NCBI GenBank assembly: GCA_965279075.1 | Contig: CBDIHI010000009.1 | Span: 217,275 to 281,274, forward strand | DNA from: Burkholderiales bacterium | Lineage (GTDB): Bacteria; Pseudomonadota; Gammaproteobacteria; Burkholderiales; SG8-39 | Length of the DNA: 64,000 bases | Direction: 5' to 3' | Shown: positions 54,251 to 63,396 of the stretch, piece by piece | Layout: each line of letters starts with the position of its first letter | Position numbering within the stretch: position 1 is the first letter of the stretch | The notes under the pieces: generated by a model | What the model saw: the letters and a program-made list of their open reading frames with translations, nothing else | What the model was told of the DNA's origin: nothing | The model's database searches: none | Translations under genes and position numbers: made by a program

Positions 54251-55324
54251 TCAGGACAACCGTTGAAAGCGCCCGCCGGGCAGTGTCGCCACCAGTCCCT
54301 CGAGCTCCAGGCGAAGCAGTTCGGCCGCGACCGCTTCGGCCGGCAGGCCGGCGCGCTCGCACAGCGCGTCGATGTCCACCGGGTCGTACCCCATGTGCGC
54401 GAGCAGCCCGTCCGCTGGCGCTTCGGCTGCCGGCACCGTGGTGGCATGCCGCCAGTTGCCGAACTCGGAAAGGACGTCTTCGGCGGCGTCCACCAGCTTG
54501 GCGCCCTGCTTGATGAGCGAATGGCAACCGCGGGAAAGCGGCGAGTGGATCGAACCGGGAATCGCGAACACTTCGCGACCCTGTTCTGCCGCCATCCGGG
54601 CGGTGATGAGGGAGCCGCTGCCGAGGGCCGCTTCGACGACCAGGCACCCGCGCGAGAGCCCACTGATCAGGCGGTTGCGGCGTGGGAAATTGTGCGCGAT
54701 CGAGGGCGTGCCGACCGGGTACTCGCTCAGCAGCAGGCCGCGCGCGGCGATGTCGGCGAACAATGCGGCGTTGCTCTTCGGGTAGATGACGTCGATGCCG
54801 GTACCGAGCACCGCAATGGTGGATCCTTCCCCTGCGAGGCCGCCGCGGTGGGCCGCCGCATCGATGCCGAGTGCGAGGCCGCTTACGATGGTCAGGCCTC
54901 CTTCGCTGAAGGCCTTTGCGAATGCTTCGGCGTTTCGAAGCCCCTGTGCCGTGCCGTTGCGGCTGCCGACTACGGCGAGTGCGGGCCGGGCGAGGAGTTC
55001 GACGTTCCCGTGGGCGTAGAACAACGGAGGGGGGTCGGGGATCTCCAGCAGCAGGCGCGGATAGGCGGTATCCGCGAGGGTGACGACATGGTTGTGCGGC
55101 TGCGACGACCAAGCGAGGGTCCGCGCGACTTGTTCACGGGTACTTTCGGACTGGAGCGCCGCAGCGGCCTGCGCACCGAGCGCGCGGACGAGGGAGGCAG
55201 TGCCGGAGGAGACGATGTTCCCGGGCAGCCCGTACTCCTGCAGGAGCTTGCGGATCGTTGCGGCGCCGAGGCCCGGCGTGAGGCAGAGGGTTAACCACGC
55301 TGCGAGCCCCGGGTCGCTTGTCAT
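54251..55324 (-). CDS. dprA: DNA-processing protein DprA (Smf)
   Basis: 357 aa. VVGSRNGTAQG, SGLALGIDAAAHRG and FPRRNRLISGLS motifs. Confidence 0.92.
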   Translation of the reverse strand: MTSDPGLAAWLTLCLTPGLGAATIRKLLQEYGLPGNIVSSGTASLVRALGAQAAAALQSESTREQVARTLAWSSQPHNHVVTLADTAYPRLLLEIPDPPPLFYAHGNVELLARPALAVVGSRNGTAQGLRNAEAFAKAFSEGGLTIVSGLALGIDAAAHRGGLAGEGSTIAVLGTGIDVIYPKSNAALFADIAARGLLLSEYPVGTPSIAHNFPRRNRLISGLSRGCLVVEAALGSGSLITARMAAEQGREVFAIPGSIHSPLSRGCHSLIKQGAKLVDAAEDVLSEFGNWRHATTVPAAEAPADGLLAHMGYDPVDIDALCERAGLPAEAVAAELLRLELEGLVATLPGGRFQRLS

Positions 55325-55384
55325 GCGGGGGGGCGGTAGGGCGACGCCGGTCCGCTGGGCGGCCGGCGAGGGGGGATGGGGTCG

Positions 55385-56452
55385 CTAGGGATTCTGTACG
55401 ACATCCAGCGGTTTGACCGGTCTCGAAACGTTCATCACGAGCGCATACGATACACGATCGAAGACCCGGAAGACGAATACGAGGCCGTAGCGTTCGTCCG
55501 GGACCTTCATTCCGGCAGGGCCCGGCGCGGCCGAGCCGTATTGCATGGCGCCGCGCGTATCGACCGCGGCGCCGAGGCGCAGCAGCGCGAGCACATGACC
55601 GACCTCGACCCCGTCGGCCTTGCCGCGGTTGAGCGTGATCACGGAGTTCCGGCTGCCTTCGCCGACGGTACCGACGCCGCCGTAGATCGACATGACCCGG
55701 CCGTTCACTTTTCCGGCAGGCGCGTGCGGGGCGTAATTTGGCACCTGCGGAGCTCCCGCCGCGACCAGCTTGTCACCGCGGCTGATTTCCTGGCCCGCGG
55801 CGATGATCTCGATGGTTGCCGGCTCGCCTTGCTTTTTGACCCGTGCCGTACCGAGGAAGGTCGCTTCATAGCCAACAGTGGACTTGCTGTCGGGATCGAC
55901 GAGCGCCTTGCCGCGGCGGTAGATGTGCCAGGTCTCTTCCTTGGAGTTCGACAGGCCCGTCGCATAGGCCGTGTTGCCTGCACCGAGGATGACGCGGTTC
56001 TCCTGCGTGGCGACGATCGTCGGCGCATTGTCGAGCCCGTCCGCCTCAATGACCAGCGGCCGGGTCAGGTAGGGCTCGATCAGGGAAGGCGGAATGCTGG
56101 GGATGGCCCCGCCGGTGGCGCGCTCGGACCGGACCTTGGGAGAAAGCTTCACGGTATCGGACACGGCGAGCTGGCCCTTGGCCCGATCCAGCACCAGCAC
56201 GTTGCCCGGATAGATCCGGTGCGGGTTGCTGACGCTGTCCTTGTTCATGTTCCACAACTCGGGCCAGCGTTGCGGGGCCGTGAGGAATCGCTCGGCGATC
56301 GACCACAACGTATCGCCCGGGACTACGACGTAGCGGTCCGGCGCGTTCTCCTTCAGTTCTGCCGGCGCGACCTGCGCGGAGGCGCTGGCGGCGAGGCTGG
56401 AACCAAGGACAAAAACGAGCGTTGTGATAGACTTACGCAGCTGATATCGCAT
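55385..56452 (-). CDS. Secreted LysM peptidoglycan-binding domain protein
   Basis: ATG at 56452 with signal peptide (ITTLVFVLGSSLAASASAQ). LysM motif YVVVPGDTLWSIAERFL. Occupies the conserved position divergent from def. Confidence 0.8.
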   Translation of the reverse strand: MRYQLRKSITTLVFVLGSSLAASASAQVAPAELKENAPDRYVVVPGDTLWSIAERFLTAPQRWPELWNMNKDSVSNPHRIYPGNVLVLDRAKGQLAVSDTVKLSPKVRSERATGGAIPSIPPSLIEPYLTRPLVIEADGLDNAPTIVATQENRVILGAGNTAYATGLSNSKEETWHIYRRGKALVDPDSKSTVGYEATFLGTARVKKQGEPATIEIIAAGQEISRGDKLVAAGAPQVPNYAPHAPAGKVNGRVMSIYGGVGTVGEGSRNSVITLNRGKADGVEVGHVLALLRLGAAVDTRGAMQYGSAAPGPAGMKVPDERYGLVFVFRVFDRVSYALVMNVSRPVKPLDVVQNP

Positions 56453-56597
56453 GGAGCCCCCGAAGTCCGGTCGGCTTGTAAGACCCGCTTGAAAAACTGC
56501 TTTGCCGCCCAAATTTAGCATAAAGCCCAGACAATTTACACACCGCTTGAGATTGTGTAGGTAAATTGCTCAGTCAGCAAGCTTATTTCCACTTCAC

Positions 56598-57101
56598 ATG
56601 TCCATTCTGAACATCCTCCGCTATCCCGACGCCCGACTCCACAAAGTGGCGGCGCCGATTACCGTCTTCGATGCGTCCCTCCGGAAACTGGCGGACGACC
56701 TGGCGGAGACCATGTATGCAGCGCCCGGCGTCGGCCTGGCGGCCTCCCAGGTGGACGTGCACAAGCAGGTCATCGTGGTCGATGTCTCGGAGCGTCGCGA
56801 CTCATTGATTACGCTGGTAAATCCTGAAATCATCGAGGGCTATGGTGAATCCGATATCGAGGAGGGTTGCCTGTCCGTACCCGGCATTTATGACACCGTG
56901 CCCCGCGCTGAACGGGTCAAGGTCCGGGCCTGGGACGCGAACGGCAAGTCCTTCATCCTCGAGGCCCAGGGCCTGCTCGCGGTTTGCATCCAGCATGAGA
57001 TGGATCACCTGAAGGGCAAGGTCTTCGTCGAATACCTGTCCCAGCTCAAGCAGACGCGCGTCCGCGCGCGCCTCGCCAAGCAACTCCGCAAGAGCGCCTG
57101 A
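56598..57101 (+). CDS. def: Peptide deformylase
   Basis: 167 aa. [17 protein letters not shown] and QHEMDHL motifs. Confidence 0.96.
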   Translation: MSILNILRYPDARLHKVAAPITVFDASLRKLADDLAETMYAAPGVGLAASQVDVHKQVIVVDVSERRDSLITLVNPEIIEGYGESDIEEGCLSVPGIYDTVPRAERVKVRAWDANGKSFILEAQGLLAVCIQHEMDHLKGKVFVEYLSQLKQTRVRARLAKQLRKSA

Positions 57102-57174
57102 GGCCCGCCGGGAGCTTCGCCTCCCGTCCCGGGTCCAGCGCTAACCCCGTCGCGCCCACGCCCGGACTCCCAGG

Positions 57175-58107
57175 ATGCGCATCGTTTTCGCAGGCACGCC
57201 GCAGTTCGCCGAACGGGCCCTGGCCGCGATCCTGGCCGCCGGCCACGAAATTTTGCTAGTACTTACTCAGCCCGACAGGCAAGCCGGACGGGGCATGAAG
57301 CTGAACATGAGCCCGGTGAAGCAGCTTGCGTTGCGACACGGCCTGCCGGTATACCAGCCGTCGAACCTGCGCGGGCCGGAGTCGCTCGAACGCTTGCGCG
57401 CCGCATCACCCGAGGTCATGGTCGTGGCGGCCTACGGTCTCATCCTGCCCCTGGCGGTGCTCCAAGTCGCACCAAGGGGCGCCCTCAACATCCACGCATC
57501 CCTGCTGCCCCGCTGGCGTGGCGCGGCGCCCATCCAGCGTGCGATCCTTGCGGGGGACGCCGAAACGGGCATCACGATCATGCAGATGGACGCGGGCCTG
57601 GACACCGGCGCGATGCTTGCCCGACAGGCTGTCCCCATCACACCGGTCGACAATGCGGCCACGTTGCACGACAAGCTCGCCGAACTCGGCGCCGGGATGA
57701 TCGTAGCCACGCTGCACGAACTCGGCCCCGGTGCGCCGGCCGCGGCACCACAACCCGTCGATGGCGTCACCTATGCTCACAAGATAGAAAAAAGCGAGGC
57801 CGTGCTCGACTGGCGCAAGTCCGGCGCGGAACTTGACCGCGAGGTGCGAGCCTTCAACTCCTTTCCCGGCGCGAACGGCATGCAGGCGGGCGTGAGCGTC
57901 AAGGTCTGGCGCGCCCGTCCCCTGGAAGGCTCGGGCGCTCCGGGCGAGGTGATCGCCTGCGGCGACGACGGTGTCGTCGTCGCGTGCGGGCACGGCGCGC
58001 TGGCGCTGACCGAGTTGCAGCGCGCCGGTGGCAAGCGCCTGCGCGCGCGCGAGTTCCTGCTCGGTCACCGGCTCGAACCGGGCGCACGTTTCGACGTGCC
58101 GGCCTGA
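57175..58107 (+). CDS. fmt: Methionyl-tRNA formyltransferase
   Basis: 310 aa. MRIVFAGTPQFA N-terminus and the NIHASLLPRWRGAAPIQRAI motif. Confidence 0.96.
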   Translation: MRIVFAGTPQFAERALAAILAAGHEILLVLTQPDRQAGRGMKLNMSPVKQLALRHGLPVYQPSNLRGPESLERLRAASPEVMVVAAYGLILPLAVLQVAPRGALNIHASLLPRWRGAAPIQRAILAGDAETGITIMQMDAGLDTGAMLARQAVPITPVDNAATLHDKLAELGAGMIVATLHELGPGAPAAAPQPVDGVTYAHKIEKSEAVLDWRKSGAELDREVRAFNSFPGANGMQAGVSVKVWRARPLEGSGAPGEVIACGDDGVVVACGHGALALTELQRAGGKRLRAREFLLGHRLEPGARFDVPA

Positions 58108-59373
58108 TTGGGCGCCGCCCCGGAACTGCAATCGGTCTTCGCTGCTGCGAGTCCGATCGTCGCGGGCGTCGTGGCCGGGCACAGCCTCGCCGCCGATACC
58201 AAGGCGTTCGGCGAGGATCCCGCGATGCGGGGCGCGACCATGGACATGGCCTTTGGCACGCTGCGACGCTACGGCCGCGGCGATGCGCTTGTCGACGCCC
58301 TCGCGCATCGCGGCACGCCGGATCCCGGCATACGCGCGTTGCTCCTCTGCGCCCTGTACGCGATCGAGTCCTCGAGCTACGCGGGCCACGTGGCCGTCGA
58401 CCAGGCGGTGCGTGCCTGTGCCTTGCTGGGCAAGCCTGCCGCGAAGGGATTCGTCAACGCGCTCCTGCGCCGGTTCCTGCGCGAACATGAATCGCTCGAC
58501 CGGCTCGTGGCACAAAAGGACGCGGCCCGCTGGATGTACCCCGAGTGGTGGGTCAAAGTCGTCCGCGAGGCCTATCCGGACGAGTGGGAAAGCGTGCTCG
58601 CCGAGGGCAACCTTCACCCGCCCATGGGCCTGCGCGTGAACCGCCGTCGCGCGACGGCCGCCGAATACCTGGCTCGCCTCGAGGCCGGGGGGATGCGGGC
58701 AAACGTCGCGGGCGAGCATGCGTTGGTGCTCGAACGCCCCGTGCGCGTCGATCGGCTGCCCGGATTTTCGGACGGGGACGTCTCGGTCCAGGACCCGGGC
58801 GCGCAACAGGCCGCGCCCCTCCTCGACCTGGCTGCAGGGCAGCGCGTGCTGGACGCGTGCGCCGCCCCGGGAGGCAAGGCCTGCCACATCCTCGAGCTCG
58901 CGGAGGTGGAATTGCTTGCGCTCGATTCGGACGCTTCGCGGTGCGATCGAATCCGGCAGAACCTGGATCGGCTCGCGCTTACCGCCGAAGTGCGCGCGGC
59001 AGATTGCGCGCAGACCGACGCATGGTGGGACGGACGGCCCTTCGACCGCATCCTTGCCGATGTCCCCTGCACCGCCTCCGGCATCGTCCGGCGGCATCCC
59101 GACATCAAGTGGCTGCGCCGCGCGGCGGATCCTGCGCGCTTCGCCTCAGGCCAGGCGAGGATCCTCGAAGCCCTGTGGCGGGTGCTCGCGCGCGATGGTA
59201 AATTGCTTTATGTGACGTGCTCGGTGTTCCCCGAGGAGAATGCTGCGGTGGTGGATGCGTTCTGCGCGCGACATCCGGAAGCCCGGCGGCTCGAACTTCC
59301 GGCAGGTGCCCCGGCGCAGCTCCTGCCCGGCCCCGGCCACGACGGATTCTTTTTCGCACTCCTTCAAAAATAG
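58108..59373 (+). CDS. rsmB: 16S rRNA (cytosine967-C5)-methyltransferase RsmB
   Basis: 421 aa. NusB-like N-terminal domain, SAM motif DACAAPGGKA, and catalytic DVPCTASGIVRRHPDIKW and TCS motifs. TTG start directly after the fmt stop. Confidence 0.9.
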   Translation: MGAAPELQSVFAAASPIVAGVVAGHSLAADTKAFGEDPAMRGATMDMAFGTLRRYGRGDALVDALAHRGTPDPGIRALLLCALYAIESSSYAGHVAVDQAVRACALLGKPAAKGFVNALLRRFLREHESLDRLVAQKDAARWMYPEWWVKVVREAYPDEWESVLAEGNLHPPMGLRVNRRRATAAEYLARLEAGGMRANVAGEHALVLERPVRVDRLPGFSDGDVSVQDPGAQQAAPLLDLAAGQRVLDACAAPGGKACHILELAEVELLALDSDASRCDRIRQNLDRLALTAEVRAADCAQTDAWWDGRPFDRILADVPCTASGIVRRHPDIKWLRRAADPARFASGQARILEALWRVLARDGKLLYVTCSVFPEENAAVVDAFCARHPEARRLELPAGAPAQLLPGPGHDGFFFALLQK

Positions 59374-59387
59374 CCCCGACCAGCGCG

Positions 59388-60014
59388 ATGCGCGGCACCC
59401 TCTCGAAACTGGTGGTAGTGCTTGCCGCAACGCTTGCGATGCTTCTCGGCGCACGCGCCGCGTTCGCCGACGAGATCGAGATCCGCGACGCGCGGCTGGA
59501 ACAGACCGAGGACGGCCTTGCACTTAGCGCCGACTTCGCGTTCGACTTCAATTCCAGGCTGGAGCAGGCCGTCACCAACGGCGTCCCGCTGTACTTCGTG
59601 CTCGAGTTCGAGCTGACGCAACCCCGTTGGTACTGGTTCGACGAGAAGACGGCCTCGCGCCGCCAGCAGACGCGCCTTTCCTACCACGCCCTGTCGCGGC
59701 ACTTCCGGCTGTCCACCGGGCTGCTGCAGCAGAACTACGCTTCGCTTGCCGAGGCGCTGGCCGTGCTGCGGCGGGTCCGGGGCTGGCAGGTGATGGACAA
59801 GGGCGCGGCGCTCGCGGACGCCCCCTACCAGGCAGCGGTCCGCCTGCGCCTCGACCTCGCGCTGCTGCCCAAGCCCTTCCAGGTCAACGCGCTTACCAGC
59901 CGCGAGTGGCATCTGGAATCGGACTGGAAGAGGTTCACCTGGCGTCCGGCCCCGCCAGCCCCGCCGGCGCCAGCAGCGCCACCGGAGAAGCGCGATGGGG
60001 GCGAGCCAAAATGA
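59388..60014 (+). CDS. DUF4390-like secreted protein
   Basis: ATG at 59388 with signal peptide (LVVVLAATLAMLLGARAAFA). Resembles the DUF4390 proteins usually found between rsmB and ntrY. The C-terminus is Pro/Ala-rich. Its stop overlaps the ntrY ATG (ATGA). Confidence 0.7.
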   Translation: MRGTLSKLVVVLAATLAMLLGARAAFADEIEIRDARLEQTEDGLALSADFAFDFNSRLEQAVTNGVPLYFVLEFELTQPRWYWFDEKTASRRQQTRLSYHALSRHFRLSTGLLQQNYASLAEALAVLRRVRGWQVMDKGAALADAPYQAAVRLRLDLALLPKPFQVNALTSREWHLESDWKRFTWRPAPPAPPAPAAPPEKRDGGEPK

Positions 60015-62131
60015 AGACTCTCCTCATCCTCGGCGCCTCGCTCGCGGGCGTCCTGCTCTTCCTGCTGGCCACGGCCAGCGCGAACACTTCGCTCTTCGCC
60101 CAGCACTATTCCCTGCTCCTCGGCCTGAACGCGGCGCTGGCCGTTGCGTTGCTGGCGCTGGTCGGCTACCAGCTCGCCTCGCTGCGGCGGCGCCTGAAGG
60201 CCCGCGTGTTCGGTTCCCGCCTCACGCTGCGCTTCCTTGTGCTGTTCGCAGCGATCGCAGTGGTGCCCGGCGTGCTTGTCTACACCGTGTCCGTGCAATT
60301 CCTCTCCAAAAGCATCGAGTCCTGGTTCGACGTAAGCGTCGACAGCGCGCTGGAGGGCGGCATCAAGCTCGGCCAGGCCGCGATCGACCAGATGCTCGGC
60401 GAGCTCAACGTCAAGGCGCGAGCGATGGCGGTGGAACTGGCCGACCGGTCGGACAGCCAGCAGGTCGTTGCCCTCAACCGCCTGCGGCAGCAGGCCGGCG
60501 TGGAGGATGCGGTGGTGGTCGCCTCCAACGGTCGCCTGATCGCCAGCGCGAGCGACAACCTTTCCCAGCTGGTGCCCGAGCTTCCCGGTCCCGTGCAATT
60601 GCGCCATGCGCGCAGCAACCGCGGCCTGACCTCCATCGACTCGCTGCCCGGAAAGCCGCTCGGGCTGCGCGCGATCGTCCCGATCTCGGGCTCGGCCTTT
60701 TCCGAGGAGATGCGCTACCTCCAGCTGCGCCATCCCGTGCCGGAGACCCTCGCGAAGAGCGCGGAATCGGTCGAGGCGGTGTATGGCGACTACAAGAAGC
60801 TCGCGCTGTCGCGCCAGGGCCTGAAGCGCAGCTATATCGTCACGCTGACGCTCGCGCTGCTGATGGCGTTGTTCTCGGCCGTGGCGCTCGCGTTCATCCT
60901 GTCGGACCGGATGTCCGCGCCGTTGTCCGAGCTCGCGCAGGCCACCCAGGCGGTCGCGCGCGGCGACTTCTCCAAGCGCATGCCGGTGACCAGCCGCGAC
61001 GAACTCGGCGTTCTGCTCGAGTCCTTCAACAGCATGACGCGCCAGCTCGGCGAGGCGCGGGAGGTGGTCGAATCGAACCGCCTCCAGCTGGAGACCGCCA
61101 AGGCGCGCCTTGAGAACATCCTCGCCAACCTCTCGGCCGGCGTGCTGGTGTTCGATCCCGAGCTGAGGCTCACGATCTCCAACCACGGCGCCGCGGCGAT
61201 CCTCGGCGGCGAACTGGGCGGGCTGACCGGCAAGCCGCTCGAAGCGTGGCAGGGATTCGAGGCCTTCGCCGCGCCCGTGCGCGAGGCGTTCGGGGCGCAC
61301 GGCGAGAAGGGCTGGCAGCTCGAACTGGTCCTCGCGGGCACGGGCAAGACGCTGCTTGCCCGCGGCACACCGCTGCCGTCGGGTTACGTGCTGGTATTCG
61401 ACGACGTAACCCAGCTCATCCAGGCGCAGCGCGCGACGGCGTGGGCCGAGGTCGCCCGGCGCCTTGCGCACGAGATCAAGAACCCGCTCACCCCGATCCA
61501 GCTGTCGGCCGAGCGTATGGAGATGAAGCTGGCCGACAAGCTCGGTGCCGCCGACGCGGATGTGCTGAAGCGCGGCACGCAGACGATCGTGAACCAGGTG
61601 GCCGCGCTGAAGGCGATGGTCGACGACTTCCGCGACTACGCCAGGCTGCCCGCGCCTGTGTTCGCCCGGCTCGACCTGAATGCCCTTGTCACCGAGGTGC
61701 TGTCGATGTACGAAACCACGCCGATCCCGATCCGCCCGAAACTCATGCCCGGGGTCCCCGAGGTGTTCGCCGATTCCGGGCAGATCCGCCAGGTGCTGCA
61801 CAACCTCGTGCAGAACGCGCAGGATGCGCTGGGCGCGGCAAAGTCCCCTGATTCGGCCATCGAGGTGCGCACCGAGCTCGCGGGCGACCGGGTGCGGCTC
61901 GTGGTCAGCGACAACGGCGGTGGCTTCCCGGAGGAGCTCATGGCGCGGATCTTCGAGCCCTACGTGACGACCAAGCCCCGGGGCACGGGCCTTGGCCTCG
62001 CCATCGTGAAGAAGATCGTCGACGAGCACCACGGCGCCATCTCCATCGAGAACCGGCCGCGCAGCGGCGCGTCGGTCACCATCGCCCTGCCGGTGCCGGA
62101 CGGCGGCAACGCTTCGGCCCGGGCGGCCTGA
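60011..62131 (+). CDS. ntrY: NtrY-like sensor histidine kinase (TM-HAMP-PAS-HisKA-HATPase)
   Basis: ATG at 60011 (706 aa). N-terminal TM helices. H-box LAHEIKNPLTPIQLSAERM, characteristic of NtrY. N, G1 and G2 boxes (QVLHNLVQNA, DNGGGF, GTGLGLAIV). Confidence 0.85.
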   Translation: MKTLLILGASLAGVLLFLLATASANTSLFAQHYSLLLGLNAALAVALLALVGYQLASLRRRLKARVFGSRLTLRFLVLFAAIAVVPGVLVYTVSVQFLSKSIESWFDVSVDSALEGGIKLGQAAIDQMLGELNVKARAMAVELADRSDSQQVVALNRLRQQAGVEDAVVVASNGRLIASASDNLSQLVPELPGPVQLRHARSNRGLTSIDSLPGKPLGLRAIVPISGSAFSEEMRYLQLRHPVPETLAKSAESVEAVYGDYKKLALSRQGLKRSYIVTLTLALLMALFSAVALAFILSDRMSAPLSELAQATQAVARGDFSKRMPVTSRDELGVLLESFNSMTRQLGEAREVVESNRLQLETAKARLENILANLSAGVLVFDPELRLTISNHGAAAILGGELGGLTGKPLEAWQGFEAFAAPVREAFGAHGEKGWQLELVLAGTGKTLLARGTPLPSGYVLVFDDVTQLIQAQRATAWAEVARRLAHEIKNPLTPIQLSAERMEMKLADKLGAADADVLKRGTQTIVNQVAALKAMVDDFRDYARLPAPVFARLDLNALVTEVLSMYETTPIPIRPKLMPGVPEVFADSGQIRQVLHNLVQNAQDALGAAKSPDSAIEVRTELAGDRVRLVVSDNGGGFPEELMARIFEPYVTTKPRGTGLGLAIVKKIVDEHHGAISIENRPRSGASVTIALPVPDGGNASARAA

Positions 62132-62138
62132 GGATCCC

Positions 62139-63389
62139 ATGGCGCAGATCCTTGTCGTCGACGACGAAATCGGCATCCGCGAACTCCTGTCGGAGATCCT
62201 CGCCGACGAAGGCCACCAGGTGCTGCTGGCCGAGAATGCGGGCGCCGCGCGCAGGCTGCGGCTCGCGCAGCGGCCCGACCTCGTGCTGCTCGACATCTGG
62301 ATGCCCGACACCGACGGCATCACGCTGCTGAAGGAATGGGCCGCGAACGGACAGCTGACGATGCCCGTGGTCATGATGTCCGGCCACGGGACCATCGAAA
62401 CCGCGGTCGAGGCCACGCGCATCGGGGCGCTCGACTACCTCGAGAAGCCCATCGCATTGCAGCGGCTCCTCGCTACGGTGAAGCGCGCGTTGCGCAACCA
62501 GGACGCGCCCCTCCCCAAGCGCCTGTCCCTTGCCGCGCTGGGCCGGTCGGCGGCGCTCTCGGACCTCAAGAAGCGCCTCGCGCAGCTGGCGCAGGTCGGT
62601 ACGCCGCTGATGCTGAGAGGGGAGCGTGGCATGCAGGCCGAGATGTTCGTGCGCCACCTCCTCGCGGCGGGCGCGCCTTTCGTGACCGGTCTAGAGGCAC
62701 TGAACGAGCCGCCTTCCGACGTGCTCACGCGCGCCGCGGGAGGGATCCTGTTCGTGTCTGACCTCGCGCACCTGTCGCGCAGCGAGCAGAAGAACCTCGA
62801 GTTCCTGCTGGCGCGAGTCGAGAAGCACAAGGCGCGCGTGGTGTCCTTCTCACTGGTCGAGCCGCAGCGCCTCGTTGCCGAGCACGAGTTCGACGCGGAC
62901 CTCGCGATGCGCCTTTCCGAGCTCGTCGTCGCGCTGCCGGCAGTGCGCGAATTCGCCGAGGAGGTGCCCGACATCGCAGCGCTGGCGCTTGCCCAGCTGG
63001 TGGAAGGGCGCGTGTGCCCGCCCCGACGGTTCTCCACCGGCGCCCTGAACGCACTGCGCCTGCATGCCTGGCCGGGCAACCTCGCGCAGCTCGACGCCGT
63101 AGTGAAGAGCGCCGCGCTGACCGCGCTCGAAGAGGAAATCCAGCTGGCCGACGTCGAGCGCGTGCTTTCAGCGCACTCTGCCCCCTCGTCCTCCGTCGGC
63201 GACCTGCCGCTGGACCAGCCTTACCGCGAGACGCGAGACGCCTTCGAGCGGTTGTATTTCGAGTACCAGCTCGCGCGCGAGAACGGCAGCATGTCGAAGG
63301 TCGCCGAGAAGACCGGCCTGGAACGCACGCACCTCTATCGCAAGCTGAAGGCGCTCGGCCTGCCGGTGGGCCGGCGCGAGGAAAGCTGA
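62139..63389 (+). CDS. ntrX: NtrX-like response regulator (REC + degenerate AAA+ core + Fis-type HTH)
   Basis: REC domain (ILVVDDE...LVLLDIWMPDTDG...EKP). The central domain is homologous to sigma54 activators but has no Walker A lysine (GERGMQAE), has Walker B as FVSDL, and has the GAFTGA region deleted. C-terminal HTH SMSKVAEKTGLERTHLYRKLKALG. Confidence 0.8.
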   Translation: MAQILVVDDEIGIRELLSEILADEGHQVLLAENAGAARRLRLAQRPDLVLLDIWMPDTDGITLLKEWAANGQLTMPVVMMSGHGTIETAVEATRIGALDYLEKPIALQRLLATVKRALRNQDAPLPKRLSLAALGRSAALSDLKKRLAQLAQVGTPLMLRGERGMQAEMFVRHLLAAGAPFVTGLEALNEPPSDVLTRAAGGILFVSDLAHLSRSEQKNLEFLLARVEKHKARVVSFSLVEPQRLVAEHEFDADLAMRLSELVVALPAVREFAEEVPDIAALALAQLVEGRVCPPRRFSTGALNALRLHAWPGNLAQLDAVVKSAALTALEEEIQLADVERVLSAHSAPSSSVGDLPLDQPYRETRDAFERLYFEYQLARENGSMSKVAEKTGLERTHLYRKLKALGLPVGRREES

Positions 63390-63396
63390 GGCGCGC

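Noticed and set aside
59825-62422. 865-aa minus-strand ORF antisense to ntrY/ntrX
   Set aside because: It is antisense to a histidine kinase that has intact H, N and G boxes, and its translation is an Arg/Gly/His/Asp-rich artefact.
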